A stretch of 41,366 bases of DNA from an uncultured Streptomyces sp. (lineage in GTDB: Bacteria; Pseudomonadota; Gammaproteobacteria; Burkholderiales; SG8-41): positions 1 through 41,366 of the forward strand of contig CAZVDN010000003.1 of NCBI GenBank assembly GCA_964625665.1. Direction: 5' to 3'. Position 1 is the stretch's first letter; the number at the start of each line of letters is the position of its first letter. A model generated the notes under the pieces. It was not told the origin of the DNA. It did not search any database and worked only from the letters and a program-made list of their open reading frames with translations. This document shows positions 19,040 to 28,017 of the stretch, piece by piece. Both the position numbers and the translations under genes were made by a program.

Positions 19040-19459
19040 TCAGTGACGGCATTCCGCCGGCACGTATTTCCACTGTGCCGAGTTGCCCGAGCCTGTACTG
19101 CATGACCACACTACGCGCCCGCCCGAATAGCTTGGCGTCAACACGACACTGACTGCCGTGCCGACCGAGGTCGAACTGCCTGAGACAGTAATGATTCCGT
19201 CGGTTGTGACGGACCCGCCTGAAATGCGCCCTGCCGTAGCGACTGTGAGACCGCTGCCTGCACTGCCCAGCGTGGCGTCATTAGATGCCTTGGCGACGAC
19301 GGTCGTCTTGAAGCCGCTCGCCGCAAGCACCAGTTCCGAAACTTTTGCGCGGACTGTGTAGTCTTGATATGCGGGCAAAGCAACCGCTGCAAGAATGCCG
19401 ATGATCGCAACAACGATCATCAGTTCAATCAGCGTGAAACCTCTTGCAATTCGCTTCAT
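19040..19459 (-). CDS. Type IVa pilin, downstream tandem copy
   Basis: MKRIARG|[27 protein letters not shown]: short leader, Gly-1/Phe+1/Glu+5 prepilin-peptidase site. C-terminal disulfide loop [20 protein letters not shown]. Confidence 0.9.
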   Translation of the reverse strand: MKRIARGFTLIELMIVVAIIGILAAVALPAYQDYTVRAKVSELVLAASGFKTTVVAKASNDATLGSAGSGLTVATAGRISGGSVTTDGIITVSGSSTSVGTAVSVVLTPSYSGGRVVWSCSTGSGNSAQWKYVPAECRH

Positions 19460-19523
19460 CGTCCCCCCCGGACATCAAAAAACATCACCAGTAGAACACA
19501 ATGCGGAAGTGATGTCGCATAAA

Positions 19524-19549
19524 GAAAACCCCTCGTACGAGGGGTTTTC
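19524..19549 (-). terminator. Rho-independent terminator after the upstream pilin gene
   Basis: Perfect 26-nt palindrome GAAAACCCCTCGTACGAGGGGTTTTC. On the minus strand it is followed by TTTAT. It starts 24 nt downstream of the pilin stop codon. Confidence 0.7.
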
Positions 19550-19572
19550 TCACTGCTATTGCAATTCGACGC

Positions 19573-19992
19573 TTAGTGACGGCATTCAGCCGGCACGTAT
19601 TTCCACTGCGCCGAGTTACCCGAGCCGGTGCTGCACGACCAGCCCACACGGCCACCCGACAGCGCCGGGGTCAGCACGATGTTAACGGCCGTGCCAACCG
19701 AGGTGTTGCTGCCGACGATGGTGATAATGCCGGCCGTCGTCACCGAACCGCCCGAAATACGACCGGCGGTGGTCACCGTCAGGCCGAGGCCTGCGCTGCC
19801 CAGGGTCGAATCGGTGGTCGATTTTTCAGCGATGGTGGTTTTGAAACCGCTCGCTGCGAGCACGAGTTCAGAAACACGTGCACGGATGGTGTAGTCCTGG
19901 TACGCCGGCAGCGCAACTGCCGCCAGAATACCGATGATCGCCACCACGATCATCAATTCAATCAGGGTAAAACCCCGTTGGATACGCTTCAT
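19573..19992 (-). CDS. Type IVa pilin, upstream tandem copy with its own sigma54 promoter and terminator
   Basis: MKRIQRG|[27 protein letters not shown].... Same length (139 aa) as the downstream copy. AAGGAG Shine-Dalgarno 7-8 nt upstream of the ATG. Confidence 0.9.
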   Translation of the reverse strand: MKRIQRGFTLIELMIVVAIIGILAAVALPAYQDYTIRARVSELVLAASGFKTTIAEKSTTDSTLGSAGLGLTVTTAGRISGGSVTTAGIITIVGSNTSVGTAVNIVLTPALSGGRVGWSCSTGSGNSAQWKYVPAECRH

Positions 19993-20055
19993 GAAGATCT
20001 CCTTAAGGATAAAACAAGCAACAAAAACCGGTTTTTGCGCTTGCCCTTCAGAATG

Positions 20056-20071
20056 AGCAATTCTTATGCCA
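20056..20071 (-). promoter_or_regulatory. Sigma54 (RpoN) -24/-12 promoter for the upstream pilin gene
   Basis: Minus strand reads TGGCATAAGAATTGCT, against the consensus TGGCAC-N5-TTGCW with correct GG-N10-GC spacing. It lies about 65 nt upstream of ATG 19992. An AT-rich tract at about 20150-20215 sits where an enhancer or IHF site would be expected. Confidence 0.6.
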
Positions 20072-20287
20072 AGAATCAGGAATCATCTTGATCGCGGGAA
20101 GGCGTCCGAAGGCCTCAATGAACTCGCCGGCAATCGCAAAAAACTCCTGCTGCCCGGGCAAAATTTTTATATTATGAAATTATTGAGCATTAATTGTTGC
20201 GTCGCACCAATTATTTTGAGGTGGTTTGGGCAGGAACTGACGAAAAACGTCATCCCTGCCATCCGCAAACCGGCACCCGGCTACCGG

Positions 20288-21064
20288 TTATTCAATCACC
20301 ACCGCAACGGAATAATGCGAAGAAGCAAATCCGATGTAACGGTAATTCAGCTGATGCGAATCGATAAATTCCTGAAATGCACGGAATTCGTGCTCACGCC
20401 ACGACGGATAGTTGAGGTATTCGTCAAAAACAATGACGGTTCCTTTGACGATACGCGGCGACAGCAGATTCAAAACCGTTCTCGTCGACGAATAGATATC
20501 GCAATCGATGTGAATAAAACGCGCACACTCCGTTTGCTCCGCCAAAAATCCGGGCAGCGTATCTTCGAACCACCCTTTGCAAATGCGGATATGGGGTTCG
20601 CTGAATTCCGGCACCACGCCATTCAACGTGAACCTTCCCTGCTTCTGAAAGCTGGTCCAGTCTTCGGGCAATCCCTCGAATGAATCAAAGCCGACAATCT
20701 CCTGCTGCACGCGCTTCGCGATGAATCGCAACGACTCACCGCGGAAGACGCCGAACTCCATCACGAGACCGTCGACTGTGCACGCACCCAAGGCAAAATC
20801 AAGCAACTCGGCGCGCCCCCTCAAATTCTGCGCGCCCATCATGTGCTTGACCATGTAATCCGCTGCCTCGGCGGCGGCCTGCAATCTGGCAACCAGTTCG
20901 TAATCGACACCGGACGGATGGGCCAGCGGCTGACGTAAAAACTGGCCCAGTGCGACGTGGACTGCCCGTGCAATTTGCTCGTCGCCGATGGAAGGCACCG
21001 GCGCCGTCGGCACGGCATTGCCGGAGAGCGCGCGAAAAACACGCTTTATCAGATTGCCAATCAC
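20288..21064 (-). CDS. TylF/MycF-like class I SAM-dependent O-methyltransferase
   Basis: 258 aa, GLVMEFGVFRGESLRFIA ... GFDSFEGLPEDW ... FIHIDCDIYSSTRTVLNLLSPRIVKGTVIVFDEYLNYPSWREHEFRAFQEF, the macrocin-O-methyltransferase family pattern. GTG start. Confidence 0.75.
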   Translation of the reverse strand: MIGNLIKRVFRALSGNAVPTAPVPSIGDEQIARAVHVALGQFLRQPLAHPSGVDYELVARLQAAAEAADYMVKHMMGAQNLRGRAELLDFALGACTVDGLVMEFGVFRGESLRFIAKRVQQEIVGFDSFEGLPEDWTSFQKQGRFTLNGVVPEFSEPHIRICKGWFEDTLPGFLAEQTECARFIHIDCDIYSSTRTVLNLLSPRIVKGTVIVFDEYLNYPSWREHEFRAFQEFIDSHQLNYRYIGFASSHYSVAVVIE

Positions 21065-21185
21065 ACTGATCCGCCCGTCTGTTTCATTCGAGTTTCAAAC
21101 GCTACCGCACTTTCACGGACAAATACACCCCTGGCCGGAAAAACCGTGCGTCAGAAAAAGTCAGCATCAAAAATCTGCAATGGCG

Positions 21186-22928
21186 TTACCGGTGCGCAAC
21201 CGCGTCTGCAAGCTGCGCTGCAATTTCTGCAATCACCGCATCCCATTCGCCCGCTTTTCTCTGGCGAAACATCCTGACGCTCGGGTACCAGGGCATGGAT
21301 GCACCGCTATCCAAATAGCGCCATTCCGCAACCGCCGGCACCATGACCCATGCGGCGCGGCCCAATCCGCCGGACAGGTGCACAACAGACCCGCAAACCG
21401 TAATGACCAGATCCAGCGATGCAATCAAGGCGGCCGCCTCGTCGAGATCTGCCGCAACCGATGGAAAATGCATCAGCGGAACCGATTCGCGCGCCGCGAA
21501 TTCCATCACCTCATCGGCAGCGGCGTCATGTTGCAGGCTGACAAAACCAACGCCGGGCGTCTTCAGGATCGGCAGCAATTGATGTAAGTCCAGGGAGCGC
21601 TGCGACCGACGGGTAGACATCATGCCGCCGCGCCAAGCGATGCCGACCTTTAACTTCGCATCGCCTGCATTCAGTTGACGGCGCCAGTTTTCTGCACGCG
21701 ACGGATCAGAGCGCAAATAACCGTTGTGCGCAGGAAAGTCGCCCGGCGCATTTCTGAAAATGCGCGGCAGACTTCCTGCGGCAATTTGAAAGTCGATCTG
21801 CCCGACTGCCTGCACCCATGACGCATCACCACCGGCCTGCTCAACACCGCGCACAACGGCGTCCGGAAACGTCCGTGCAAACAAGGCCTCGAGCTTCGGC
21901 GAACAATCAATGAAACAGCGTGCCGCTTGCCTGATCACCTCTCCGAAACAGGAGGCGAACATGATTTCGTCGCCCAACCCCTGTTCGCCGTAGACAAGAA
22001 TCGACTTGCCGCTCAGCGGTTCGCCGTCCCACGCCGGAAACCTGTAAGGGCGGGGCAAGTAGTTGCTGCGTGTTGCCTTGCGCGCTTCGTAGTCCTGCCA
22101 ACCTTCGGCGAATCGCTGCCGCCTGAGCAACGCCAGCGCACGATTCAGGCGGGCTTCATTCATGTCCGGATACCGAAGCAGCAAATCGCTGCAAACGGCG
22201 ATGACCTCGTCGGTCCTTCCTTCCTGGTTCAATACCGAGCAGTAATTGCATCGGGCGGCGAAATCATCCGGATCCAGCCTGAGTGCCGTTTCGAGATGCG
22301 CGCGACCGCGTTCAAATTCACCGAGATCGCGCACGAGCACATAGCCGAGATTGCTTTGATAGCTCGCCTCACCGGGCTTCAGTTCAACTGCCCTCGAAAA
22401 AAATTCAGCGGCGCGCGCTGCATTGCCGCTCGCCAACCAGCAGGCCCCGATCAGATTGCATGCATCGGCATGATCCGGCTGCCTTTGCAACACCCCCATG
22501 GCGTAATCGATCGCCGCAGACAACTCGCCTTCACGCTGCGCGAGCAAGGCCAGATAGTAGCGAGGTTCAACGGCATTGGCCGAAAAATGCAACGCCATCT
22601 GCAAGCTGTCCGCCGCATCTTCCTTTTGCCCAAGTTTGAATTGAGCAATGCCAAGGCCGCAGTATGCTGAAGCATCGTCATGCCGCACATCGATTGCGGC
22701 TGCAAAGCAGGTCACTGCTTCGTCATAGGCCCTGCGATCCAGCGCGGCGTTGCCCGCTGCCTTCGCCTTATCCGCCGCTCGTGCACCATGCGCCTCTGCC
22801 TCCACCTGCTCGACAGAAGAACGTGGGACAGCGTGAGCAGGCACAGCGCCCGTCTGGCCCAGCAATCGCCCTGCCATTTTTTTCAGGAAGCCCAATGTCT
22901 GCCCAATGTATTCAAAGCGGCGATTCAA
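21186..22928 (-). CDS. TPR-repeat protein with C-terminal GT9-like (heptosyltransferase-fold) glycosyltransferase domain, paralogue A
   Basis: 580 aa. The N-terminal half is TPR repeats. The C-terminal half has ILVYGEQGLGDEIMFASCF, AAGSLPRIFRN, VGIAWRGG, ITVCGSVVHLSGGLGRAAWVMVP and MPWYPSVRMFRQ, which parallel the GDxxxxxP and DSGxxHLAAAxGxP motifs of WaaC/WaaF-type enzymes. The TTG start overlaps the stop of paralogue B. Confidence 0.7.
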   Translation of the reverse strand: MNRRFEYIGQTLGFLKKMAGRLLGQTGAVPAHAVPRSSVEQVEAEAHGARAADKAKAAGNAALDRRAYDEAVTCFAAAIDVRHDDASAYCGLGIAQFKLGQKEDAADSLQMALHFSANAVEPRYYLALLAQREGELSAAIDYAMGVLQRQPDHADACNLIGACWLASGNAARAAEFFSRAVELKPGEASYQSNLGYVLVRDLGEFERGRAHLETALRLDPDDFAARCNYCSVLNQEGRTDEVIAVCSDLLLRYPDMNEARLNRALALLRRQRFAEGWQDYEARKATRSNYLPRPYRFPAWDGEPLSGKSILVYGEQGLGDEIMFASCFGEVIRQAARCFIDCSPKLEALFARTFPDAVVRGVEQAGGDASWVQAVGQIDFQIAAGSLPRIFRNAPGDFPAHNGYLRSDPSRAENWRRQLNAGDAKLKVGIAWRGGMMSTRRSQRSLDLHQLLPILKTPGVGFVSLQHDAAADEVMEFAARESVPLMHFPSVAADLDEAAALIASLDLVITVCGSVVHLSGGLGRAAWVMVPAVAEWRYLDSGASMPWYPSVRMFRQRKAGEWDAVIAEIAAQLADAVAHR

Positions 22929-24628
22929 TCGACTTTGCGAAAGCCTGCCTGCCAGAGTTCAAGCGCCTGCGCAATATCCATGACGGTGTCGCTCCAGTCT
23001 GCGCCATGACGACGCCTGAAAATGCGCATCGTCGGATACCAGGGCATTGCCGTCCCTTCCCGCAGGTATCGCCACTCCGCGTTATGCGGCACCATCACCC
23101 AGACCGGTTTGCCGAGGGCCCCCGCAAGATGCGCGACGGTCGTATCGACGGTAATGATCAGATCCAGTGCTGACACAAGCGCAGCGGTTTCATCAAATGT
23201 TGCCTGTGCTTCCAGCCAATCATGCACCCGTGCATACGACCCCGCATTCAACACTGCCAAATCAGCTGTCCGATCCCCGTACTGCAGGCTGACAAAATTG
23301 ATACGTGGCGATGCCACCAGCAATTTCAATGCATCCGGTGCGACCGACCGAATTGCCTGATTGGTCGATTGTACGCCACCGCGCCACGACAGCCCGATGC
23401 TCGGCCTGTCACCAGTGGATGTATTGCGAAGACGTTCTTTCCAGCATTGCGTTGCAGCCGCGTCGGCCTGCAGATAGCCGGCTTCGGACGGAAAATCGCT
23501 CAGATTGCGTCGGTAAATTCGCGGCAGTGAGCCAGCTGCCACCTGGCAATCGATGGCCGGTTGCGACTGGAGATAAGTAAGATCGGGATTGGTCTGGTCG
23601 CCCACCGCAATGGTTGCGTTTTGAAAGGAGCGGCGGAACAGAGGCGCAAGCTTTGCAGAACACTCGATCACGCATTGCGGCGCATCCCGCAAAACATCGC
23701 GAAAACAGGAAGCAAACATGATTTCGTCACCGAGCCCCTGTTCGTGAAAGACCAGAAGGCGCTGCCCCGCAAGATCACCACCTGCCCATTCAGGATAGGG
23801 AAATTTCCTGACTGCAAACAACGGATAAACGCGCTTGCGCTCTTCGTAGTCTTCCCACCCTGGTTCATAACGACCGAGCGACAACAAGGCCAGCGCGCGG
23901 ATCATGCGTGGGTGCGTTGCCGCCGGATTGATTTCAAGCGCAGTATCGCATTCGCGAATGGCGTCTTCTGACTTCCCCTGAAACTGCAACAGCTGTGCGA
24001 GACAACTGTGCGCCTCCGCCAGTCGCGGCTGCAGTGACAAAGCCGTCCTCACGTAGCGCAGCGCCTGTTCATCATCCTGCGTATCGCGCAATGTCAATCG
24101 GCCCAGATTGCAGTAGGCAAGCGCGTGATCAGGTTGTGCGCGGACAACGGCCTGCCAATGTTCAATGGCGCGTCCGAACTTCTTGTCCGTTTCGCATAAC
24201 CTGGCCGCCATCGCATTCGCTTCGGCGTGAGCGGGGTCGCCCTCCAGGGCCCGTGCAATGGCGCGGCGCCCGCCCGCGTCGTCGCTGCGCGCCATTTCCA
24301 CCGCAGCGAGCTGACACCACGCATCCGCAAAATCGGGCTTGAAGGCGGTCGCAAGCACAAAGCCATCAGCGGCCGCCTCAAGATCGCCTCGCTTCTTTTC
24401 AATCAGCCCCAGCAGAAAATGCGCATCCGCAAAATCATGCTGCGCCTCCAATAGCCGCGCTAGCAGATCTGCCGCCGCATCAAATTGGCCCCGCCCGAAC
24501 AAATCTGCGGCGCGCTCAAATTCAGCCGCCTGCCCACCGACCGCGCCCCGCGTTTCCGGAAGCGCGTCTGCAGCCGGATCCGCAGTTCCCGGGGAATTAT
24601 TGAGCAGCCCCTTTAAGCGATCAAACAT
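22925..24628 (-). CDS. TPR + GT9-like glycosyltransferase, paralogue B
   Basis: 567 aa; LLVFHEQGLGDEIMFASCF, AAGSLPRIYRR, IGLSWRGG, ITVDTTVAHLAGALGKPVWVMVP, MPWYPTMRIFRR. Confidence 0.7.
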   Translation of the reverse strand: MFDRLKGLLNNSPGTADPAADALPETRGAVGGQAAEFERAADLFGRGQFDAAADLLARLLEAQHDFADAHFLLGLIEKKRGDLEAAADGFVLATAFKPDFADAWCQLAAVEMARSDDAGGRRAIARALEGDPAHAEANAMAARLCETDKKFGRAIEHWQAVVRAQPDHALAYCNLGRLTLRDTQDDEQALRYVRTALSLQPRLAEAHSCLAQLLQFQGKSEDAIRECDTALEINPAATHPRMIRALALLSLGRYEPGWEDYEERKRVYPLFAVRKFPYPEWAGGDLAGQRLLVFHEQGLGDEIMFASCFRDVLRDAPQCVIECSAKLAPLFRRSFQNATIAVGDQTNPDLTYLQSQPAIDCQVAAGSLPRIYRRNLSDFPSEAGYLQADAAATQCWKERLRNTSTGDRPSIGLSWRGGVQSTNQAIRSVAPDALKLLVASPRINFVSLQYGDRTADLAVLNAGSYARVHDWLEAQATFDETAALVSALDLIITVDTTVAHLAGALGKPVWVMVPHNAEWRYLREGTAMPWYPTMRIFRRRHGADWSDTVMDIAQALELWQAGFRKVD

Positions 24629-24629
24629 C

Positions 24630-26378
24630 TCAAACGCTGCGCTGCAGAAATTGCAGAACTTCGGTCACGACAGGGTCCCAGTCGCGCGGTTCGGCCTGAC
24701 GAAAAAGCCGCATGGTTGGATACCACGGGGTTGTCGAACTGCATTGCCCATAGCGCCATTCGGCGCTGTAGGGCAGCATCACCCAGGTCGGTCGGCCCAA
24801 CGCTCCGCTTAAATGCGCAACCGTGTTGTCCACCGTAATGACGAGATCGAGCGCGGCGATTGCGGCGGCCAGTTCATCGAAGTCCTGGCCGATATCGGAC
24901 ATGGCGTCATGAATTTCGATGCCGGTGCGCTCGCGGATCCGGTTTAACGTCTCGCGATGATCCCCCGCCTGCAGGCTGAAGAAATCGCAGCCCGGCGCGC
25001 CGGCCAGTCGTTCGAGTTCTTTGAAATCCAGCGAACGCAAGCGTTGGCGATTGCGCAATGTTCCGCCGCGCCACGCGATCCCGACGCGCATCCCCTGGCC
25101 ACTCGAAGCGCACCGTTCCCGCCACCGGCTGATTTTTGCCGGGTCGGCCCGCAGATAAGCAGCGGTTTGCGGAAACGAATTTACCGCCGGTCTGAATCGC
25201 ATCGGCAGGGACCCGATTGAAATTTCAAAATCAGCCGTAAGCCGCGCGGATGAACGCGCGTCGTCTGGACTTTGCTGCGGCACTACGATCGCCGCAGGAA
25301 AAGATCGCTGAAAAAGTGCAGTCAGCCGCGGTTCGCATGCCAGCGTGACCTGACTGGCCGCAGCTACCAGATCAGGCAAACAGGAGGCGAACATGATTTC
25401 ATCGCCGACCCCCTGCTCGGACAAAACGGCAACCGATTTTCCCTGCAGCATCTCACCACGCCAAACCGGCGCCCCGATGCTGCGGCGCTGTTTTCCGCCT
25501 GCCTCAAAGCGATTTTCGTACTGCGTCCAACCGTTTGCAAAATCGCCCTTGAGCAGAAGCGCAAGCGCGCGATTCGCCAGCGCGTCGCCAAAACCGGGAC
25601 GCAAACCGAGTGCGCGATCGTAATACGCAATCGCTTCTTCGATCCGTCCCAGGTCGCGCAATGCATGACCGGCACATGTCACCGACTCGACGGTTTCCGC
25701 CTGCAATTGCAGCGCGCGCGTGAAACTCCCAAGCGCTTCAGCCGCAAACCCGGTTTCGAGCTGCAGCAGGCCGAAATTATGGTGCGCCCTGTGCGACCCG
25801 GGAGCGGCGCCGAGCAGAACCTGGAAATGTGCAAAGGCATCGTCATACTGCCCGAGCCTGAACAGCACGAATGCCAGCTGCTCAAGTGCGCGAATCTCTG
25901 CCGGATCCTGCTTCCAGGCCACACGATAGGCTTCGGCAGCCTGTTCGAGTGCACCCCGCCGTTTGAGAATATTGCCCAGACAGAGCCATGCGCGCGAAGA
26001 AACGGGGTTGTCTGCGATCGCGCGACGGCACGCCGCCTCTGCGTCGGCATCGCTGCCGCACTCCAGCAAGGCTTCAGCGAGAGCCACCTGTGCCGTCGAA
26101 TTCTGCGGCGCAAAATGGGCTGCCAGCTGGTAACAGTCGAGAGCATCATCGCGGTCGCCGGTCGCCGCATAGAGATCGCCGCGCAGCAGATGGGCCTCAC
26201 CGCAGTCATGGCGCATTGCAATCGCCCGCTCAAAACACTCTGCCGCCCGCGCGTAATCATGCGCCGCAAAATAGTCACGGCCCGCCGCCAACTGGTTCGC
26301 CACCTCGACGTCTCGGGTTGATGTGCCGCTCGCCGATGGAGATTGCGCTGCGGTCAAATCCGGCTCCTGATTACTCAT
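24630..26378 (-). CDS. TPR + GT9-like glycosyltransferase, paralogue C
   Basis: 582 aa; VAVLSEQGVGDEIMFASCL, SIGSLPMRFRP, VGIAWRGG, ITVDNTVAHLSGALGRPTWVMLP, TPWYPTMRLFRQ. Its stop is 1 nt from the start of paralogue B. Confidence 0.7.
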   Translation of the reverse strand: MSNQEPDLTAAQSPSASGTSTRDVEVANQLAAGRDYFAAHDYARAAECFERAIAMRHDCGEAHLLRGDLYAATGDRDDALDCYQLAAHFAPQNSTAQVALAEALLECGSDADAEAACRRAIADNPVSSRAWLCLGNILKRRGALEQAAEAYRVAWKQDPAEIRALEQLAFVLFRLGQYDDAFAHFQVLLGAAPGSHRAHHNFGLLQLETGFAAEALGSFTRALQLQAETVESVTCAGHALRDLGRIEEAIAYYDRALGLRPGFGDALANRALALLLKGDFANGWTQYENRFEAGGKQRRSIGAPVWRGEMLQGKSVAVLSEQGVGDEIMFASCLPDLVAAASQVTLACEPRLTALFQRSFPAAIVVPQQSPDDARSSARLTADFEISIGSLPMRFRPAVNSFPQTAAYLRADPAKISRWRERCASSGQGMRVGIAWRGGTLRNRQRLRSLDFKELERLAGAPGCDFFSLQAGDHRETLNRIRERTGIEIHDAMSDIGQDFDELAAAIAALDLVITVDNTVAHLSGALGRPTWVMLPYSAEWRYGQCSSTTPWYPTMRLFRQAEPRDWDPVVTEVLQFLQRSV

Positions 26379-27976
26379 CGTTTCCCGAGCCCGTTAAGTC
26401 TAGCAGCCAGCGCTACCGATATCCCGGCCATCACGCCCTGCCAATCGCGCGCATGGGTCTGGCGAAAGAGTTTTACCGAGGGATACCACGGCATTGCGTC
26501 GCCCTCGGCCCGATATCGCCAGTCGGGCACACGGGACAACAGGGCAAAGCAGGGTTTGCCCAATGCGCCGGCCATGTGGACCACAGTATTGTCGACGCTG
26601 ATAGCCAGATCGAGTGCCGCAATCAGAGCCGCGGTCTCCTCGGTGTCTTCAAGGGCCTCAGGCCACCATTGCAACTCCAGACCGGCAGCACGCGCTGCCG
26701 CAATTTCTTCGCCGCAATCGCCTCGCTGCAGACAGACAAACCGGTGTTGCCTGAACGCTGCAAGCGGGAAACAGTCCTGAATATTCAGCGAACGCAAATC
26801 AGCGCGGGTTTTGCGCGTTCCGCCGCGCCAGCTCAACCCGATTGACAAGCCAGGGGCCGCGGCGAGGCGTCGGCGCCACGTTTCGATTCGTGCAGGATCG
26901 GCGGCGAGATACCCCCGATGCCGCGGAAAATTTTTTTCGTCATTGCGAAAAATCCCCGGCAGACTGCCGATCGCGATTTGCGATTGCAGCGCCGGGTAGC
27001 GCTGCAGCCAAGCGCGGTCGCCATCGCGCGCCGCGCCGTGCACGTGCACTGCCGGAAACGAGCGCGCGAACAATGTCGCCAGACGCGCATCGCATTCGAG
27101 CACCACGCCCGCCCCGCGGTCTGCCAGATCCTGTAGACAGGAAGCGAACATGATTTCATCGCCAAGGCCCTGTTCACCGTAGACCAGCACGCTGCCGCCG
27201 GCCGCTGCGGCGCCCTGCCAGACCGGCAGTCCGAAGTCCCGGCGCACGTCACGTCCGCCGCGCACGTGGCGCAATTCGTAATCCGGCCAGCCACGCGCGA
27301 AATCGCCATGCAGCAGATAAGCGAGCGCCCGGTTCCAGCGATATTCGACCATCCCGGGACTATTGCGAATCAGTTCGTCAAAATGCGCGATCGCCCGATC
27401 GTAATCGCCGCGGTCGAGTAATGCGAGACCGTAATTGGCCTGTGCCGCCACCGCCTGCGGATGGGCCTTGCAGGCGCGCTCGAAAAATGCACCGGCCACA
27501 ACAGCATCTCCAAGCTGCGACAGATAAACCAGGCCCAGATTGACCAGTGCACCAAGATGATCCGGCTCGGATCCAAGCAATTCACTGTAAGCGTGCATGG
27601 CGCCTTCAACATCCCCCCCGGCATTGCACGAGAGTCCGAGTTCGAACAGCAGTTCACCGTTATTGCCTGGCGATCGTGCGGCCGATTGGAGCAGGCGTAC
27701 TGCGGCGGCAACGTCGCCGGTCGCTCTCAACAGGCGCGCAAGCGCGCAGGCTGCGCGCGTCGAATCGGGATCCAGCGCGCGCGCCGTTTCGAAACAGTCC
27801 CGCGCATCTTCGAGATCACCGGTTTTCAGTGCACAGTCGCCCTGCCCGAGGAGAGCGTCGACGGAATCAGGCACCTCAGCGAGCACGCGGGCATACCACG
27901 TCGCCGCGGCAGCGAAATCACCCGTGGCGAGCAATGCGTTGGCCCTCGCCAGCGCCTCATCGCTTTGGCTACTCAC
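26375..27976 (-). CDS. TPR + GT9-like glycosyltransferase, paralogue D
   Basis: 533 aa; VLVYGEQGLGDEIMFASCL, AIGSLPGIFRN, IGLSWRGG, ISVDNTVVHMAGALGKPCFALL, MPWYPSVKLFRQ. ATGA overlap with paralogue C. Confidence 0.7.
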   Translation of the reverse strand: MSSQSDEALARANALLATGDFAAAATWYARVLAEVPDSVDALLGQGDCALKTGDLEDARDCFETARALDPDSTRAACALARLLRATGDVAAAVRLLQSAARSPGNNGELLFELGLSCNAGGDVEGAMHAYSELLGSEPDHLGALVNLGLVYLSQLGDAVVAGAFFERACKAHPQAVAAQANYGLALLDRGDYDRAIAHFDELIRNSPGMVEYRWNRALAYLLHGDFARGWPDYELRHVRGGRDVRRDFGLPVWQGAAAAGGSVLVYGEQGLGDEIMFASCLQDLADRGAGVVLECDARLATLFARSFPAVHVHGAARDGDRAWLQRYPALQSQIAIGSLPGIFRNDEKNFPRHRGYLAADPARIETWRRRLAAAPGLSIGLSWRGGTRKTRADLRSLNIQDCFPLAAFRQHRFVCLQRGDCGEEIAAARAAGLELQWWPEALEDTEETAALIAALDLAISVDNTVVHMAGALGKPCFALLSRVPDWRYRAEGDAMPWYPSVKLFRQTHARDWQGVMAGISVALAARLNGLGKR

Positions 27977-28017
27977 AGGTCCGCCCGTGATACCGGGTGC
28001 ATCGCGTGGCGAAGCCC

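Larger units (their letters stand above)
19040..19992 (-). repeat. Tandem duplication of a pilin gene unit (period about 533 bp)
   Basis: Two 420-nt pilin ORFs start 533 nt apart. By hand alignment 118 of 139 residues are identical. Confidence 0.85.

Noticed and set aside
19029-19042. The soxXA and downstream pilin stop codons converge with only 8 nt between them and no hairpin; considered as an unusual overlap or antisense-regulation site.
   Set aside because: Tight convergent ends are common. Nothing in the sequence, such as a structure or repeat, suggests a specific mechanism.
20066-20683. 205-aa plus-strand ORF starting in the AT-rich pilin upstream region and running antisense into the TylF-like methyltransferase gene.
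   Set aside because: The first third is AT-rich promoter-type sequence and the remainder is antisense to a gene with clear methyltransferase motifs. No domain signal.
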